Origin: Guillardia theta CCMP2712
Taxonomy: Eukaryota; Protista; Cryptophyta
Assembly (NCBI RefSeq): GCF_000315625.1
Contig: NW_005434664.1
Location: 1,035,228 to 1,099,227, forward strand
DNA: 64,000 bases
Reading direction: 5' to 3'
Part shown: piece after piece, positions 12,357-29,957 of the stretch
Numbering within the stretch: the first letter of the stretch is position 1
How the letters are laid out: each line of letters begins with the position of its first letter
Notes under the pieces: model-generated
The model's input: only the letters and a program-made list of their open reading frames with translations
The model's database searches: none
Told to the model about the DNA's origin: nothing
Made by a program: the position numbers and the translations under genes

Positions 12357-14563
12357 CGACGACGACGACGACGAGGAAAGCAAGAAGAGGGAGGGTAGCG
12401 GAAAGCGTAACAGTGCAAGACAAGAAAAGAAGGACAGACAAGAGGGATCAGGGGATATATGGCAAGAGACGAGACCTGAGGCGTCGACTCCTAGATCTAC
12501 TCCCTCGAAGTGATGGGATCCAGCTCCTGAGCAAGAGAACACATCAGGTCGGGTAGGGCGGCAAGATGCAGAACCCTCGGCCACCACGATGAGGCAGTGT
12601 CCTCTCTTCTTCAAGACCTCCGCTGCTCAACCGCGTCACTCGCAGACGAGGGAGGGGAGGGGCAACTTGTGTATTCGCAGAGCTTGTCCATGCTGAAGGG
12701 AGCCTCCGGGATCAGACAGATATCAACATCGTTGGACGCCAATGCCGAGTACATTGCAACGAATCTACAAGAGCAGCAGATGAGAGACAGTCGAGCCGGA
12801 TGCTTCGACGGACCCGCACTCTCGGCCCATGAGCTTGACGATCGCGATGCCGTTGTGCGAGTCCTGAAGGAGGGAGTAAGGGTAGTTGAAGCACCGAGGA
12901 GAGTGGCTCGCACGTCAGCTTCGATCCTTGCGCAGTTGATGACCTTGCAAGCTGAGGATAGATCAGACGAGAGACGGGGGAGGGAAGAGCGTTTACCCTC
13001 AGCTACTGCAGAGTCGAAACCGAACGACTTGTCGATGAATGCCACGTCATTGTCAATGGTCTTTGGCACTCCGCAAACGGACATAGCATACTCCCTCCGC
13101 GCTGCTTCCTGTCTCTTTGTGAGATACTCCCTCCTCGTTCTCCTCGTCCTCTTCCTCGTCCTCTTCCTCCTTGACTTCGTCCTCGTCCTCGTCCTCGTCC
13201 GTCCCCTCCTCTTCCTCTCTCTCCGACCTGAGAGATGAGGTTTGCTCCTCGATGTGTCCCGTCGCCTCCGACCACATACACCTTCCACCAACGTCAACAC
13301 CCAGCACCTCCTCCCTCTTCGACTTCCCCCCCCTCCCGTCCAGCAGCGGTCCACCTGGTTGACTCCGTTGGAGGTCAGAGCTGACATGATCTTGTCCATA
13401 TTCTCCTTGGGCCCTCCCCCACGGGAGGAGCCGAGGACCGTTCCTCCTCTCTTGTGAATCTGCACCGGGCCCAGCATCAGCAACGGAACCTCTCACAACC
13501 TCCCTCACGTTCTCGACGGTCTTGCAGTCAAGGTCGACCCACGGCAAGCTGTAAAACCCCTTGTATCCAAACTGGATGCCCCAGACTTTCTTCACGCTGC
13601 CGGCTAGTCAGCGCACCCTCAGCCCCTCCCTTCCTCAGTCGCGTACTCATAGGTTTTGATCAAGGTGTCCACTATCGCCTTGATGACATTGTTCAGTCCT
13701 GCCTCAACGTCAACGGACTCCATCCGCTGCTCTCCTCGTTAACCAGGACACAGTCCTCCGCACGTGACGATGGCAGCAACGACCTCCTTCGGCTTGAAGT
13801 AGAGGAAGTCTCGTGGACCTGCACGTACCCACTGGAGCGAAGTCAGTCTTTGCAGGAAGCACAAGATCAGATCGTAGACTGAAGCACAACCATCCTCTTC
13901 TCCTTCTCTCACCTGCCTGTACAGCAAATTCTTCTGGGACGCGCGGGGAGAGTTCAGGTACAGAACGTCAAGCACCGTTTCGTCCTGAGCAATCCAGTCG
14001 GCCTCCCATTATAAACCCTCCCTGCTGACGTCACCTGGCCCACCATGGCTCCGCGCCATGTCAGAGGAGTCTCATACTTCTCAGCAGGAAGCCACTCGTC
14101 TGTTGCAACAGAGCTCAGACGATGGCGGGCAGAACGAAAGGAGGAGGAGGAGGAGGAGGAAGAGGAAGAGGAATAGGTGAGGAAGCTGCGACAGGGGCAG
14201 GGGCAGGGGCAGGGGCAGCCTCCAGCATAGCGGCCACACCGATATGGTCAATCTTCATGAAGATGGGATTGATAGCGTGCTCTTCGAAGCCATCCTTCCC
14301 CTTGAAGAGCCCTCCTATCTAACTCCAGGGGTCAAGGAACAGAGCTCCAGGAGCACGAGCCTCGTACCTTGAGTTGTGACTTGCAGCAGGAAGGATCTCT
14401 CATCAGACGCGATGGGCTCCGACTTATGGACCCCTCATTGGCAGCTGCAGCACCAGACGGTCAGTCCGCAGGCATCGTAACTCAAGAGCAGGCGCTACGC
14501 CTCACCAGTCAGCGGGAGGAAGACTGATGAGAGAAGGACCAGGCATCTGGCCAGAGAAGCCAT
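11465..14563 (-). CDS. PFK: ATP-dependent 6-phosphofructokinase (plant/group X type), multi-exon
   Basis: [59 protein letters not shown] (Gly at the ATP/PPi specificity site), [33 protein letters not shown]. Start ATG at 14563 is tentative. Confidence 0.93.
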
Positions 14564-15888
14564 GCTCTGCAAGAACCACTTTGAGTGAGTGCCAAACAGG
14601 TAGAACGGTAGATGCTGGATCAGTAAAACTTTCAGTTCTTGTTGCTGGCAACCATAGCATGCAGCACTCTGGTACCATTGAGGTGTACAGCAACAGTCTT
14701 TCTCCCCGACCTGCTGTATCTCATTCTATCTCATCTCTGATCGATTTAGCCTGCACGTGTAGCAACTCGTTCCTCTCTACCTCATCATGCTCTGCTTTTT
14801 CCACCTCCCCATCCTCCTCTCCTCCTCCATCTTCCGCCTCCTTCCCTTGTATCCCGCATGCCATGGATTTTTTTACTCAATTCAAGTTGGCGGGTCTTCT
14901 CATAGTCAATTTTTCCAGCTCTCAATTTATTGACTTTAATTTCGATATCTGATTGAAAACTTTCGGGAAGAAATTGATCAATTTGAGCACCCCTCATTGA
15001 AATGGTCAGCAATGGTCAGCATGGGGGTCCTGACCACAAGGGATGCAACAGGAGGGTGTTGATGGGTGGGAAAACAGGGGTACTTCATGTTGATGTTCAG
15101 GGGGTAGGGTGGTATACCCTATAATATATGCTCCCAAACTTGCTAGGACCCCGCCAACAAAAACAAAAAATGAACGCCAGGGACCCCTCAGTCCCAGATG
15201 CCGGTGCCGGCCGTCCGGGCCCGGGGCCTCCAACTTTGTCTTCCCGGTAGGACTAGCACTGAGATTATCTGATTCCAAAGATGATGGCCGGGCGCTGCTT
15301 TTTGCAAGCGACGAACTGGAGAATCCAGAGATGGCGGGAAAACAGTGGGAGGAGACTAGGAGAGGAGAGGCGAAGGGAGAGATAGGAAGAGGGTAATGGA
15401 ACAAGCGAGGAAGTTGCAAGGAGAGAAGTATGAACAGAAGATGATGAGGAGAACACGCGGAAGTAGGGAAGAAGGAAATATATTAGTGGTGAAAAGAGTA
15501 GGAGATTTAGTTTCCAGCGAAAGGGGAAGCAGAAGGGCATAAATTCAGGCAGACGAGGAGAGAATAACGATTATGAGGTATAGAACTGATTTCATGCGAA
15601 TGGTTATTGTTGGAGGCCCAGTGTGGTGGGATCTTGATGGATATGCAGCGGAAGGGAGTCAGTTGACAACCAAGGATTATGTGGTTTTTAGTTGAAACAT
15701 TACACGGTGGTCAACGAGTGTCTGACAAACATGCCTTTTACTTCTAGCAGACACTGAAGGCTTCAGATGGAATAGCTCGAGGAGGAGGCAGGGGGGGGGT
15801 TAAACATGAGCTCGGCAGTCACCCCTGGACTGTTGGATAAGAGATGAATCCTGTCTAGGTTCGACTCTCAACCCTTCGCGGTCCCAGC

Positions 15889-19738
<3,850 letters not shown>

Positions 19739-20054
19739 ACAAGCTGCTCGCGCACTGCCCTCTCGCTCTCCCCTCCTCTCCGAATAGCCTTTCCTGCTAC
19801 GACTAAAATCTCCTCTTCCTTCTCTTCTTATCTTTCCCCCTTTCTTTCTACCTCCACATTGTCTTTCTCCTTTTCTCCTCTATATAAATATTATCAAGAT
19901 CTCGAAATTCCTGCTGGTAGTCCGCTGCGCCCTACAGACTCTAGAGGAACCACAACAGAACCCTCGCCCATGTCCAGCTGCAGAAAACAGCAGAGGTGGG
20001 CGGCTAGCGGAGCATTAGGATGAAACTTTAATGGCAATGGGGAAGAAGAGGAGC

Positions 20055-23000
20055 TCAGGGGCACTGGGAGTGAACGATTCTGACGCCCTCCTCCGACCAC
20101 TGCTTCTTGGATATCCACATCCTGCAGAGGATGAAGTTAGAGGAGGCAAGAGAGGATAAGGACTCACTGTTGGAAGGAGCCGAGGGACGCCAGGATGGAA
20201 CCGCCGATCCAGACGCTGAACCTCCTTTCTGTCGTTGCCATGGGGGAGATGGTCTTGACCTTGAGAAGCTGCGGAGAAATGAGAGGAGACAAGAAGAAGA
20301 GGACGAGGAGGGACACACAGAAGAGGAGGAAGAGGAGGAGCGGGAGCGGGAGCGGGAGCAGGAGCAGGAGCAGGAGGATAGGATCCTGAGACGAGGAGCA
20401 TTGAAGGGGAACAGGGAAGGCAAGGTGAAGAGGAAGAGGGAGGAAAGTGGAAATGGAGAAGAGGAACGAGAAGAAGGGATGATTGTTGGGCTCACGCTAA
20501 TGGACTCGGCCAGCTCTCGCTCCAGCCTCTCCTTGAACATGGGGAACAAGGTGTTGCCTCCCGTTACTATCACAGTTCTGCTCCACAAGTCAGGCAGTGG
20601 CGATCTAATGAGAGGAGAAGGTAGAGGAGAGGGCGTCGTTGAGAGGACGAGAGGAGGAAGGAGAGAGAAAGAGAGTTGGAAATGGAAGAGGAGAGGAGGA
20701 AGGAGAGAGGAAGGGAGGTGGTAAGGGAGGAGGCGAGGAGGAAGCAAGAAGGAAGATGAGGAAGAAGATGAAGTGTTGGGATGAGCAGGCGAGTGATGGT
20801 GGGTGATGATCGTCTTAAGGGGGATGCAAAACATTGGGGCAGCAACAGCAAGAGGGGGCGATGCAATAGGCTACCCGTAGAGATCTTTCTTGATGTCAGA
20901 GTCACATTTTCCGACACTCTCGTTGATGCAATCATGCAGCGCCTGTGCCAAGTCATTAAGAAGAGGAGGAGAGGAGGAGAGATGAGTCAGCGATGGAGAG
21001 AGCTGAGAGTGATGAGTGGGAGAGTAAGAAGGGAGCATACAAGAAGAGGTCAGGAGAGGGAAGAGGGACGAGGGACGATGGGAGAGGGAAAGGCAGAGGG
21101 ATAAGGGGGAAGAGGGAACAGGAAAAGGGAAGGAGGAGGAAAGATGAAAGGAGGAGAGGAGAAAGGAAGGAGCGATGGGGTTTGATTCAACTGACCTGCA
21201 GTTCTGACGGAGAGTTGACCCCGAAGATGCTGCACTTGTCCGCCTGCTCAACGATCAGCCTTGGCCAGACGAAGAAATGAAATCACCTCTAGAGCAGAAG
21301 GATTGAACATGATCTCACATGCCTGCAAACTCTTAGCTCCTCCTCCTCCCTCCTCCTCCTTCCCCCCCTGTTCCCTCTTCCCCCTTATCCTCCTCCTCCC
21401 CCCACTCCTCCTCCTTGTATACCTTGAATCTCTCTGCACCCACATCGATCACTTTCCCGTCCGGCAATTCGTATTGAGCAAAAGGAATTTGAGCATTTGA
21501 GCTGAAGGAAAACGTCAAAGGCCAAGGACAAAGAGGATACCAAAGAGAGCAAAGAGAGAGGCAAGAAGATTGTCAAAGATGATAACAAGGACAATGGCAT
21601 TGATGTTCGTGATAATGTTGCAGGAGAAGCACAACCAAGACAAGGAGGAACGGGAGGAGGACGAAGAATAAGGGAAAGGGTATAACCTCTCATCAAAAAC
21701 AGTTTCGGAAGTGCGGCAGACGGTTTCCTTGAGGTCATTGATGATGGTCTGGCACCTTCACGTCAACTCGCAACATCGGCATGGCTGGCGGACCTTCTGC
21801 ATGTAGCGCTTGAACGACGGCCGGATGTTCTCGAGCCCGGTGATCTCAGTTACCTGTGTTGAACCCTTAGATGCCCCCTGACATGTCAGGACGAGTTACG
21901 CTGGCGATCGTTCCGTCCTTGCCAATCTTCTTGTTGAGCATGTAAGGAGGACGGACTGGCTGAGATATCAGGAAGGCAAGAGGGCTACAAACACCAGCTG
22001 ACCGTTGGTTCCCTTCCCTTCCAGCACACTAGGAGAAAACTACAGTCAGAATCGTGTTGGCATCAGGCAGACAAGCTGGACCTCAGCAAGTACTCTGTCA
22101 ACTTCTCCCCGCTGAAAGGAGATCGGACAATGGCTGCAGCGAACTCAGTGATCGATGTGACATGTTGTTGTGAAAAAGGAGGAAGGAGAGGACGAGGAGA
22201 AGGACGAGGAAGAAGAAGAGAGAGAGAAGGGGGAAGAGGAGAGAGCAAGGAGAGAGAGTGTGTGTGATAATAACCTTTTTGCAGGACATAGCCTTCATGA
22301 ACGGGAGCAACACACGTCGCTCCACCTCCGGAATCTTGACGACGGTGTCAGGACCAGAGCAGCAGGTGGTAGGAATCGTGTCACCGAGAACAACGGCAGT
22401 TGATCTCCCACACGAGAAAGAAGACAGCACCGCATTCTTAGAGATGAAGACCGCTGGTACCTTGAGAGGCACACTTCACTTCAAGAGCAGCGGATGTGAG
22501 TAGCTTACCTTGTAGTGCTCGAACATGATCTCAAGAAGCTTCTCTCGGCACTCGTTGCTGTTGAACGATGGCTCCTGCAAGCAGTCGCAACATGAGAAAG
22601 ACGCAAAACAACAGGAACGGAAGGTACAGCCAAGAGCATCGGGTGCTCTTCCGGGACTATTCTCAGTCGATCTGCACGAGAAGGGAAGCATCAGCAGCTT
22701 CCCAGAGCCTCCTGCAGGGCTCGCACCTTTGAACGCATGATCCCAAAGTTTCTGTGCAAGATCCCAATCCTTGACTGCGGTATGACGTCACGGGAACACA
22801 CGACAAAATCTGTTCTACTCACTCAGACCATCTTGAATTGGGTTCTCAATATCCATAAAGTCCTTCAAACCACACGCATCACGCGTCTCCCATTGTCTGC
22901 AAGCAACTCTCCTCTCCTACCTTTCGAATGCTCAAGGCTTGTGTTCCGATATTGTACTTGACCTCCTCTGTCCCTGCTGTTGTCCCTGCTGCCGCCGCCG

Positions 23001-23320
23001 CTGCCGCTGGTGCCCCTGCTGCTGGAGGATCCACATCCATCTTCTCCCCAGGAGCCGCCGGTCCCTTTCCCACCACTCCATCCTTGCCACTGCGAACGAC
23101 ACCCACAGCCTAGCACGCGCTGATCACCATTCGAACCCATCAGTTTCATGTGCTCACCGTCGGGAAAACTGCCTTGGGGTTGTCTTCGCCCGCAAAACCA
23201 GCCTTGCAGCTTGTGTATCCAACATCCAGCACGATAGCCGAGACTTCGTCTGAGATCGGGAGACATGAGCTCTAAGGAGGATAAGACTGACAAAATCAAT
23301 ATATTACCTCCTCCATACAT
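20055..23320 (-). CDS. ARP4: Nuclear actin-related protein 4 (ARP4/ACTL6-like), multi-exon
   Basis: MYGG|[129 protein letters not shown]...QCP*. The MYGGDEV N-terminus is diagnostic of ARP4. Confidence 0.92.
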
Positions 23321-24552
23321 GGCAGCTGACGATCTAGGCTCAACAAACTATAAAGGATGGGCCTGCTTGAAGAATGTTAGAGCGGTTGGGTGCATCAGGA
23401 AAAAGAGTCTGTCATGATCTACATCTACATCCTCACTTCTCCCCATGTCCTCTCACATTCTCTCTCATCTCGACCTATCAGCCGCTATCTCGAGCAGCTT
23501 CATCTTCACTGCTTTCTTGTCTACACCATGCACATCGGCTTTCAAGCTGCTAGCCAGCGAACCAGTGAACTCATCATTTTACCATCCTTTCCCCCATGTC
23601 TGTGCTGAATCTCCTGCTACATATGCTATCCCCCATATTACTCCCTTGCGAACCAGACCTCTTCTTGTACACCCCGGACTCATCACCGTCGTCAGGATGC
23701 ACATCCAACTCATCCCGCTATCTTTCATGTCATTATCAAACACGCGAACATCCGCACAATCCTCTCGCATCTGCTCCTTCCTCTCGATTGATCCAATTGC
23801 CACATATCACCCAAGGCCTTCCAAGGTTGCAAGAGTGCTGCATCTTTTCCTTCTCCTTGTCCTTTTCCTGATCCTCTTCCTGATACCAACTTCATCTTCG
23901 TCTTCACAAGAGCATTTTCCACGGTTTTCTCCTCCCCGCCCTCCCTGCTCTTTGTGCCATGGCCGTGCACAAATTTCCATCTTTTCTCCCGCCATGGATC
24001 CATGCTCCTCGGCGGGCTCCACTTGACTACGAGGCATGCATCAATCAGATTATTTACTCAACAATATTGATATACCATATTTATTCAGATAGCTGAAATT
24101 TATGATACAAAATATATTAGGTGAGTGATAATCAATATGAACAAATTTATAACTGATTAATATAACAGGAAACACTTGACTATAAAGACACCTTATACAT
24201 TAGTCAATATTTGACTATTTGTCTGTAGTCAATATTGATCTTATTCCGGCAATGGCTGCCTCAAGCGCAGCTTAAAAGCCTTCTCCGTCCTCCTCCTCTC
24301 CCTTTTCTGCCTCCTCCCTTGAGCAACTTGAACAAGCTTGAAACTTCATTTGCTTCCCTTCTCTTTCTCCTCTTATGTCCATCTCTCCCTATCTCCTTGC
24401 TGCAACCTCCTCGCTACAGTTCTAGCTTTGACAATTACTGTTCCATTCTACTCCTGCTTCAAGCATATCTTTCCCCCATTCCTCTCTTCCTGCTCCTCTG
24501 CCGTCTTTCTTCTATCATTCCTACGGCGTTGTTGCTAAGTGTGCTCGAGACC

Positions 24553-25314
24553 ATGACAATGGTTGGATCTGACCGAAATGGCAATCGCGCGGCGCTGACA
24601 TTCGGCACATCGGCGCTGCTGGTGCTAGCAGTGCTGGTAGTGGTCTGCAAGGACGCAATGGGTCCGTTATCATTGTTCGAGTGGGACACTGGAAACGATC
24701 CGATAGTCCCTGGAAGATCAGTGAGGATAGAAGGAAAGGACCCTGACGACCCCTTCTACCAGGGATCGAGTACCACCTCCAGCTTGAAGGCATACCGGGA
24801 TTGCCCGATGTGTGCCGGAACGAAAGCAGAGCACAAGTATCTCAGGATGCTGGAGGAAGCTAGATCACAGATGTTGTCACTGAGGGCGAACGGTCAAGGT
24901 GGCTCCACGAAACCTGAGACTCAGGTCTTGGCGTTGAGAGGTCCAAAGAATGTCCTCAACAAGGTTTTGGAGCGAACATCTGCAGAGATCCAGAAAGACG
25001 CTCTTTCATACAAGTAAGTGTTTTAAATACTTCGATTTCGTTTGATGATGCAGCTTGTAGGAGCATTGCACAACAACGGCAGAAGGCGAGGGCTGAAGTG
25101 AGATTGCTGATGAAGAAAAAAACTGAGCTAGGTTGGAGAAACCGTTTCCGTCTATTTGAAGTCTGAAACGAATGTAGATTCCGAGGTGAAGGAAGTGCAA
25201 AGAGACATGGAGCGGATCGCTAAGAGACAGGTATGCTGGTGATTGACTCTTTGAAGCTAAAATCTTGACTGTTCCGAACAGGAGGCAACAGTGGATACAT
25301 TGAAAGCACGGTAG
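24553..25314 (+). CDS. Hypothetical protein with N-terminal transmembrane/signal anchor and C-terminal coiled coil
   Basis: MTMVGSDRNGNRAALTFGTSALLVLAVLVVVC..., a CPMC motif, and short 3' exons ending EATVDTLKAR*. Confidence 0.6.
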
Positions 25315-26548
25315 TGTCGATGACTATCAATAGCCATTACCATAATTCGACATCTGCCATGGAGATTTCCCCATAGTGTATCTGTCTGTAAATACTATAC
25401 ACGGTTGCTAAGAATGCTGCACTCTGCCCACTTTCTTCCGGTTTAGCATGTTCAAGACAAGGGCAGCCTATCCATTTTTGGATAGTCTGAACAATGAGAA
25501 CATGTAAGATTTAATGCAAAACACGCAGAAATAATCAGTGCTTTGTGAAAGAGCTGATTTGACAAGTTAATGAAAATTTTCCAACACGCTTCAATGCATT
25601 GATAAACCCTAACCTCAACAAGAAGAAACCATTCTCTTGATTTGTTTATTTGTTGTCAGCAGATCATTGTCTTTGTGAAAAATATATTAATCGTCTTTGG
25701 AGCGTTGGAACAACAGAGTGTCTGATTGATAATCCATACCACCGATACTGTAAATAACTGCAATAAGCTGTTCCAGACTAAGTTAGCTGAGCTGGAACAG
25801 CACACGTGCAATTCTTACCGTAACAATCAAAACAACTGGCATCCACAGACTGATCTGAGCAATCGCTATTGTTGTGGTTGTGATTGCTGCAATGCAACGT
25901 GATCGGAATTAAAATAAAATGGCTCAAACAAACACAAATCACCAACAAGCAGGAAAAATGGTAGCAGGCATAGATTATCATATCAAATATTACTGCTCAT
26001 CCAGCTTGAATGCATCAAAAACTTTCAGCACACAATCAGCGAAGAGGAGTGTATTTCGTTCATCCGTGTGTAAAGTCCATTTACCAAACATAGAAAGCAG
26101 TTTACTCACAAACCAACATCAGACCAGATATCACAGCACAAACATCAATCGCACATGAAGATATCAGAAACATTGGCGTCTAATCATCTCATATCCATAT
26201 CACCCTCCTCACCTTCTGAGCCTCCGATCATTGCGAGCATAACCGCCAACATGAAAGCCGCTGCTGCCTGCATGGCGCCTCTCTAAACCCCATCCGGAAA
26301 AAAGAACCGTTATTTATGGCAACGGCCAAGCAAAAGATAACCGTCAAAACTGCTATCTTTAACGGTCGGAGCTGGAGTTGAGCGGGGACGAGGATCATTG
26401 GATGTCGGGCGACTCTGTCTTGAGTGAAGAACGCTGTCAGCAGCAATTTGATATAGGGCGACATGCACCGGGAGATGGCGGGGAATGCGGGAGGGTAAGG
26501 CTGGGAGAGGAGGAGGAGGAAGACTGCAGCAGAAAGCACATCACAACC

Positions 26549-28337
26549 ATGCCTTTCCTCACCTTCCCCGAGCAAACAGGTCGGTTTGCGGTAGGGCAAT
26601 GCGACATCATGTGGCAGAGCAGGCAAGAGAATGGCAAGGAGCAAACGAAGATGGTGGTCAGGCTTTTCTATCCCGTCATGCCCGAGGACGCCAGCAAGGC
26701 TGAGAAAGCCGCATGGTTGCCGGACCAGTATGGCGCGAACAGCTATTCCTACGCGCAAGCATATGCACGGTTCTTCTGGAAACCAGGGATCACTGCCTCC
26801 TTGGTTGGAACTCTGGGCTTTCTTCCCCTCATGAGCAGCGTGAAGACTCTGACCTACGACCACGCTCCGCTAGCACAAGGGATGACATTCAAGACTATCA
26901 TATATTCTCATGGGCTGGGAGGCAACCGCAGCTGCTACTCGGCTGTCTGCACTGACCTTGCGTCCCACGGCTACTTCGTGATCGCAGCGGAGCACTCAGA
27001 CGGCTCTGCTTGTCTGAGTGTCTTGCCAGACAAGACGGTGGTGGAGCATAAGATCGTCCCGGGAAAGGCCCTCATTCCCCAGAGACCCAAACGGATCCCA
27101 CGAGGATTCACTGAGAGTTTGATCCCTGAGCAACAGCCCAAGACTCTGACGCAGTTCGAACTGAGGAACGGGCAGCTCAGTCACAGGGTCTCGGAGGTCA
27201 GCGATTCAACGTTTGTGCCTGCCCTGCGCTTGCTAAGACTCTTGCTAAGGTTGTGTTCCTCCTTGACTGCATCGAGAAACTCAATGCCAAGATCGATACG
27301 GACATTGTAATTCTCGTCTCTTGTCCTTGCTCGAACGTTCTCACGGTTTTGCTACAGGTTCCCTTGCCGGAGTGTCTTGCGGTATGCTGACACATCACTC
27401 TTGTATGTTGGTTCTCTGACTTGAGCGTCAGGACCTCCCAGGAAGAATCGAAGTCGATCATATTGGAGTTATGGGACACTCGTTCGGTCTGTCCGAGCCT
27501 CCCCTTTCTCAACAACTGACTTCATCGCAGGTGCTTCCACTGCCGTGGCCTCAAGCTTCGAGGATGTGAGGATCAAGGCATGTATAGCTCACGACGCCTG
27601 GCTGTTTCCCTTGTCTTTGGAGACGATAAGGGTGAAAGAAGTGCTATTAGATCGTTTCCTCCTCACTCCTGCCTCCTTCAGGCAGTCCCGAGGGTTCCCA
27701 CCTTGTTTCTCACTGCCGACACGTTCGACTACTTATGGCCGGGTCTGTGATGTGTCCCTTAGGATATTGAGAGCCTGACAGCCGAGAATGCAGGGGAGGG
27801 CAGAAAAGTAATCAACGGTTACATGAGGCAAAATTCTTGACTGTCAGGAATGTTGGTGTGACATGTATTTTGCAGTCGCTCAAAACCTCACGGCGTCTAT
27901 ATCCACGCCGCCCATGTGAAGGTTTTGACTCTCCGCTGCAAGTTTTGCCCTCTTTGTGACCAGCTCTCTGCGCACTTCAGGGCACTTTCCATCAGAATTA
28001 TTCAGATTTTCCGATCCTAGCTCCTGACATCACACAAGTGATGCTTTGACTTGTCAACAACAACTTCTCACGTTTCTTCTAATTTGGATGCAGGCAATTG
28101 GTGTGAGCGGGCAGAATCCCGAGGAGAGCATGAAGGTCATTGTCCAGCTCGACTCCTGCTTCTTCGATCACTACTTGGGTGGGCAACTGATGACGTCATG
28201 GGCGTTCTGCTTGCTCATGCTTGCTGACAGGACAAGGCAAGGAAGCTAAGGACAAATGGCGGTGCCCGGAGGAGTTTCGTGATGCAATCGACCACAAAGA
28301 TTCTGTTAGTATTGCGTTCTTGCCTCTACATGCCTGA
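26549..28337 (+). CDS. Platelet-activating-factor acetylhydrolase family (alpha/beta hydrolase), multi-exon
   Basis: PEQTGRFAVG, VRLFYP, IIYSHGLGGNRSCYSAVCTDLASHGYFVIAAEHSDGSA, nucleophile GHSFG, DAWLFPL, GTFHQNYSDFP. Confidence 0.9.
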
Positions 28338-29460
28338 CTGTGAAAACACACAGGAGGAGGACATCTTTGACGATAGTCATAACGATATCAAGTGAGGGGA
28401 GCTTGCTGTTGTAGACGTCGCTGACCTCGCCGGCAGGATCGGAGTGTTCACCAACGATCGGAACCATTACCAGATGCCAGAAGCGAATCAAGTTTGAGGG
28501 CATGCAATAGAGGGGGGTGAAGAAAAGGACCCAAGCATCTAGAAGGTCCTTCAGTTTTGTGTTTTCGGTTGAGCAAAGCTTATCAACATGCTCATCACTT
28601 TGCCCTGTTGCAAACTCAACCATGACTGACAACCAACTCCAATCTCACCTCGAACTCCTCGGGTACTTCTTTCTTGCCCGTTACAAGGGCCATCAGGAAC
28701 AAGTCGTCAGCTGTCAAGAGCATCCATCAGAGCGGTATCACATGGGAGAAGAGCATTGCTTCTCACCGAGAAGAATCCTTTCCAGCTGCTTGAGATCTTC
28801 CAAGCTCAGATCCTTTAAATCATCCAGACCTTGTGCGAACTCGTGACAAAGTTTGCTCATTTCGGCCCATCCGCGATTTTTGCAAGCGTGCATCAATCTG
28901 AAGGAGGCATAGCGGCCTTGTCAAACTCTCACTCCCGTACAGGAGGCGTGCACATCACCTCTTACGGAGAACGTGCATAGATTTCTCATCTTCGCTCTCT
29001 ACGCAAGACGTTGTTTTGTACGTCGAAGTCACGAGCTCCCGCCATTGTCTTTCAGGCAGTGCCGGTGGAACCTACTCAGACATCAGCATGGCATGGTTTG
29101 CTCAGCTTCAATGTCCTCACTTCCTGCTGTCCTCGTCGCCATCCAGCTATGTTTCTGCATGAGGCAGCCAGGCGTTGCGATTCATGAAAGAGCAGGAATA
29201 TTCGATTCAGCACCTGTCATGTAGATCGGTCGTCTCCTCCCGGTCGCTACCGACACTGAAGCCTGGCAGACACGTCCGTCAGTAATCAAGTCAGTCAGCT
29301 GCTCTCAACGACAACCTCTGTTAGCCCAGAGCTCCTTCTTCGCCAACTTACAAGCTTGGCATTGAAACTGAGCGAGAAAGACTAGGGGCAGTAGGGCGGC
29401 TTACCTTGCGGGCAGGAAGGATGCGAGAAGGCTTCATGGATGCGGACACACAGCCATCTG
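28306..29460 (-). CDS. Hypothetical multi-exon protein
   Basis: Series of GT-AG bounded exons, e.g. MKPSRILPARK|FQCQACKLAKKELW..., LMHACKNRGWAEMSKLCHEFAQGLDDLKDLSLEDLKQLERILL. No family recognised. Confidence 0.4.
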
Positions 29461-29957
29461 CTGCTCCTCCCTGTCATCATCGCAAAGTCTCTCGTCGCAT
29501 GCGCCCCTGTTGTGCCCCTCCTACCCGCCCCTGTTCCTTCCGTACATGAAGGAATTCCTACCCTCACAAACTCACACCCTACCCCCTCTCAATATAACCC
29601 TACCATATACTTTAGTACGTGAAATCATTGAAATGTACCGGTATCAAGACTAGCCGCAGTGGTTTATCACCCCCTTACACATTGCAGCGATCATGTCGGC
29701 TAAGGTGCGACGAAGAATGCAAGGGCGGGCGGGCGGGCGAGAGGGGAGGAAGCAGGGGGGAGAGAGAGAAAGGATTGAGCAGAGATGCTGGGACGAACAT
29801 GAGGAAGCTCACAGGGATGGTAGCGATAAGAATAGAGGAGCTGAACGAAAATGGGAAGAAGGTGTTGCAAGCTAGGGGAAGGAAAAGAGACGGAAGGGAG
29901 TTCGAAGTCGTCCAAATTGATCACCATGAGGGATGATAGGAGCTACATCAGAGATAG

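Noticed and set aside
20107-21280. E/R/G-rich plus-strand ORFs
   Set aside because: Antisense to the pyrimidine-rich introns of ARP4.
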